DNA of 20,000 nt from positions 239,689-259,688 of the forward strand of contig JBNGIO010006327.1 in the NCBI GenBank assembly GCA_049999805.1. Reading direction: 5' to 3'. Position numbers and translations under genes: made by a program. The notes under the pieces are model-generated. The model was not told the DNA's origin. It did not search any database and worked only from the letters and a program-made list of their open reading frames with translations. Below are positions 18,701 to 20,000 of the stretch, piece after piece. Every line of letters begins with the position of its first letter. The first letter of the stretch is position 1. Origin of the DNA: Folioceros fuciformis (lineage: Eukaryota).

Positions 18701-20000
18701 CGCATTCCATAAAGAATAGTAACTCTTCATGTGCACAAGCCATATTTTCTCTGACTGCAGATCGCTCTTGGTGCCTTACTGGGACACCTATTCAGGTTCG
18801 GTTTCTAGTTTGCGCAAGCTTTAGCGTTTCTGTTTTTTATGGTGATCAGTTACTCATTAGTCAGTATCCGTTGCCTCCTTTGAGCAGAACAAATTGGAGG
18901 ATGTTTTCAGTCTTTTGCATTTTCTCCGTGTTGAGCCTTGGACCAATTGGGCATGGTAAAGTAGACACGTATATCCTATTTTGTTTTCTGTCAAAGCTGC
19001 GCACGTAGATGTCTTCGGTTTTTTTTATGCTGATTCAATGTCCCACCTGAAACAGGTGGAACAGACTCATTCAAAAGCCATTCGAGGAGGGTGATGAGCG
19101 AGCTTTAGCTCTCCTGCAGCACGTCTTAAGGCCTCTTATGCTTCGGAGAACTAAGGACACCAAAGACAAAGACGGAAGGTTAGTGTTCTTCAGGATGGGC
19201 ACTGTTTGAAGTTTCCCGGCTCTTCATCTAACGGCAAGTCTTCTTGTATCCCAGGCCAATCCTCGAGTTACCTCCTGCTGACATGCAGCTCGTCTACTGT
19301 GACCTGTCAGAAGCAGAGAGGGATTTTTATGACGCTGTACATAATAAATCGAAGGTCAGCATGACTACGGATGTCTTCCCTCTGTGGTGTTGTGGCCAGG
19401 TGCCTAAGTTGGCAAGCTGTTCGTGCAGATAAAATTTGACCAATTCGTGGAGCAAGGAAAGGTGCTTCACAATTATGCTTCAATTCTGGAGCTTTTGCTC
19501 CGAATGCGACAATGTTGTGATCATCCATTTCTTGTCATGAGGTACTCGTCTGTGTGCTTTTACGGTGTTTGGCTGTGTCAATGCTTGACGTTGGACACCA
19601 TGGTTTCTATCGCGGATTTTAATGGTGTGAACTTGCCTCACAGTCGCAGTGACACTGACGAGTTCGCGGATCTGGACAAATTGGCCAAACGTTTCTTAGA
19701 TGGAGATGGTGACTTGGCATTCAAGACAGGAGCTTCACGGTCTACCAAGCCTACCAAGGCATTTGTGGAGGAGGTGGTCGCAGATCTTCGGAAGGGCGAG
19801 AAAAGCGAGTGCCCAATTTGTCTAGAGGCCATGGAAGACGCGGTGCTCACTCCATGTGCACATCGCATGTGTCGTGAGTGCTTGTTTGCGTCGTGGCGCA
19901 GCACTGGGTCTGGGAAATGTCCGATTTGCAGGTAGGATATTTGTTACCATTGGACATATTTGTTACCATTGTTCCGTGCTGGCAATATCTGGGCAGCGGC
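15704..20000 (+). CDS. RAD5: DNA repair protein RAD5 (UBA-like N-terminus, HIRAN, SNF2 ATPase, RING); partial, continues beyond the window
   Basis: Exons 15704-16711, 16794-16927, 17014-17149, 17237-17305, 17397-17531, 17654-17805, 17905-17989, 18091-18312, 18404-18544, 18640-18795, 18888-18955, 19056-19178, 19255-19354, 19429-19541 and 19644-19931 join in frame. Motifs: AINIYFDTP, HIRAN (GISTCRG..IVRF..GEVGRLP), PYQKQALWWM, GGILADAMGLGKT, TLIVCPMSLLAQW, RVVLDEAH, WCLTGTPIQN, LRMRQCCDHPFLV, C3HC4 RING CPICLE..PCAHRMCREC..CPICR. Confidence 0.96.
16061..16299 (+). repeat. Coding minisatellite in RAD5 exon 1: 42-bp unit, ~5.7 copies (VVAPVSRPEVEGAE)
   Basis: Units start at 16061, 16103, 16145, 16187, 16229 and 16271 (partial). 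Consensus gttgtggctccagtcagcaggcctgaggtggagggtgctgag, in frame. Confidence 0.95.

Noticed and set aside
19937-19971. Repeat of atatttgttaccattg with a 19-bp period in a RAD5 intron
   Set aside because: Trivial slippage duplication with no evident function.
7869-20000. SWI3-CHLP-RPL5-RAD5 as a functional gene cluster
   Set aside because: Unrelated housekeeping functions; proximity is explained by genome compactness.

Overview
Eukaryotic nuclear DNA from a compact, GC-rich land-plant genome, most consistent with a hornwort (a lycophyte is not excluded), with introns mostly 80-185 bp. Five protein-coding genes can be assembled by hand: a divergent PIP aquaporin (minus, 4 exons, 119-1372), a SWI3A/B-type SWI/SNF subunit (plus, 7 exons, 7869-10863), intronless geranylgeranyl reductase CHLP (11529-13094), an intronless nuclear copy of mitochondrial ribosomal protein L5 with an added presequence (minus, 14311-15033), and RAD5 (plus, from 15704, running off the end of the window). 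The 2-7.3 kb stretch looks intergenic in the ORF track but holds a decayed PLS-class PPR pseudogene, two decayed CRE-like (RT plus restriction-like endonuclease) non-LTR retroelement copies, a probable antisense LINE 3' end and several short tandem duplications. The most interesting signals are an intact PIP whose near-invariant ar/R His is replaced by Ile (filter F-I-T-R), the mitochondrion-to-nucleus transferred rpl5 with a telo-box, and a 14-aa tandem repeat in RAD5. I found no multi-gene novel system, RNA gene or CRISPR array.
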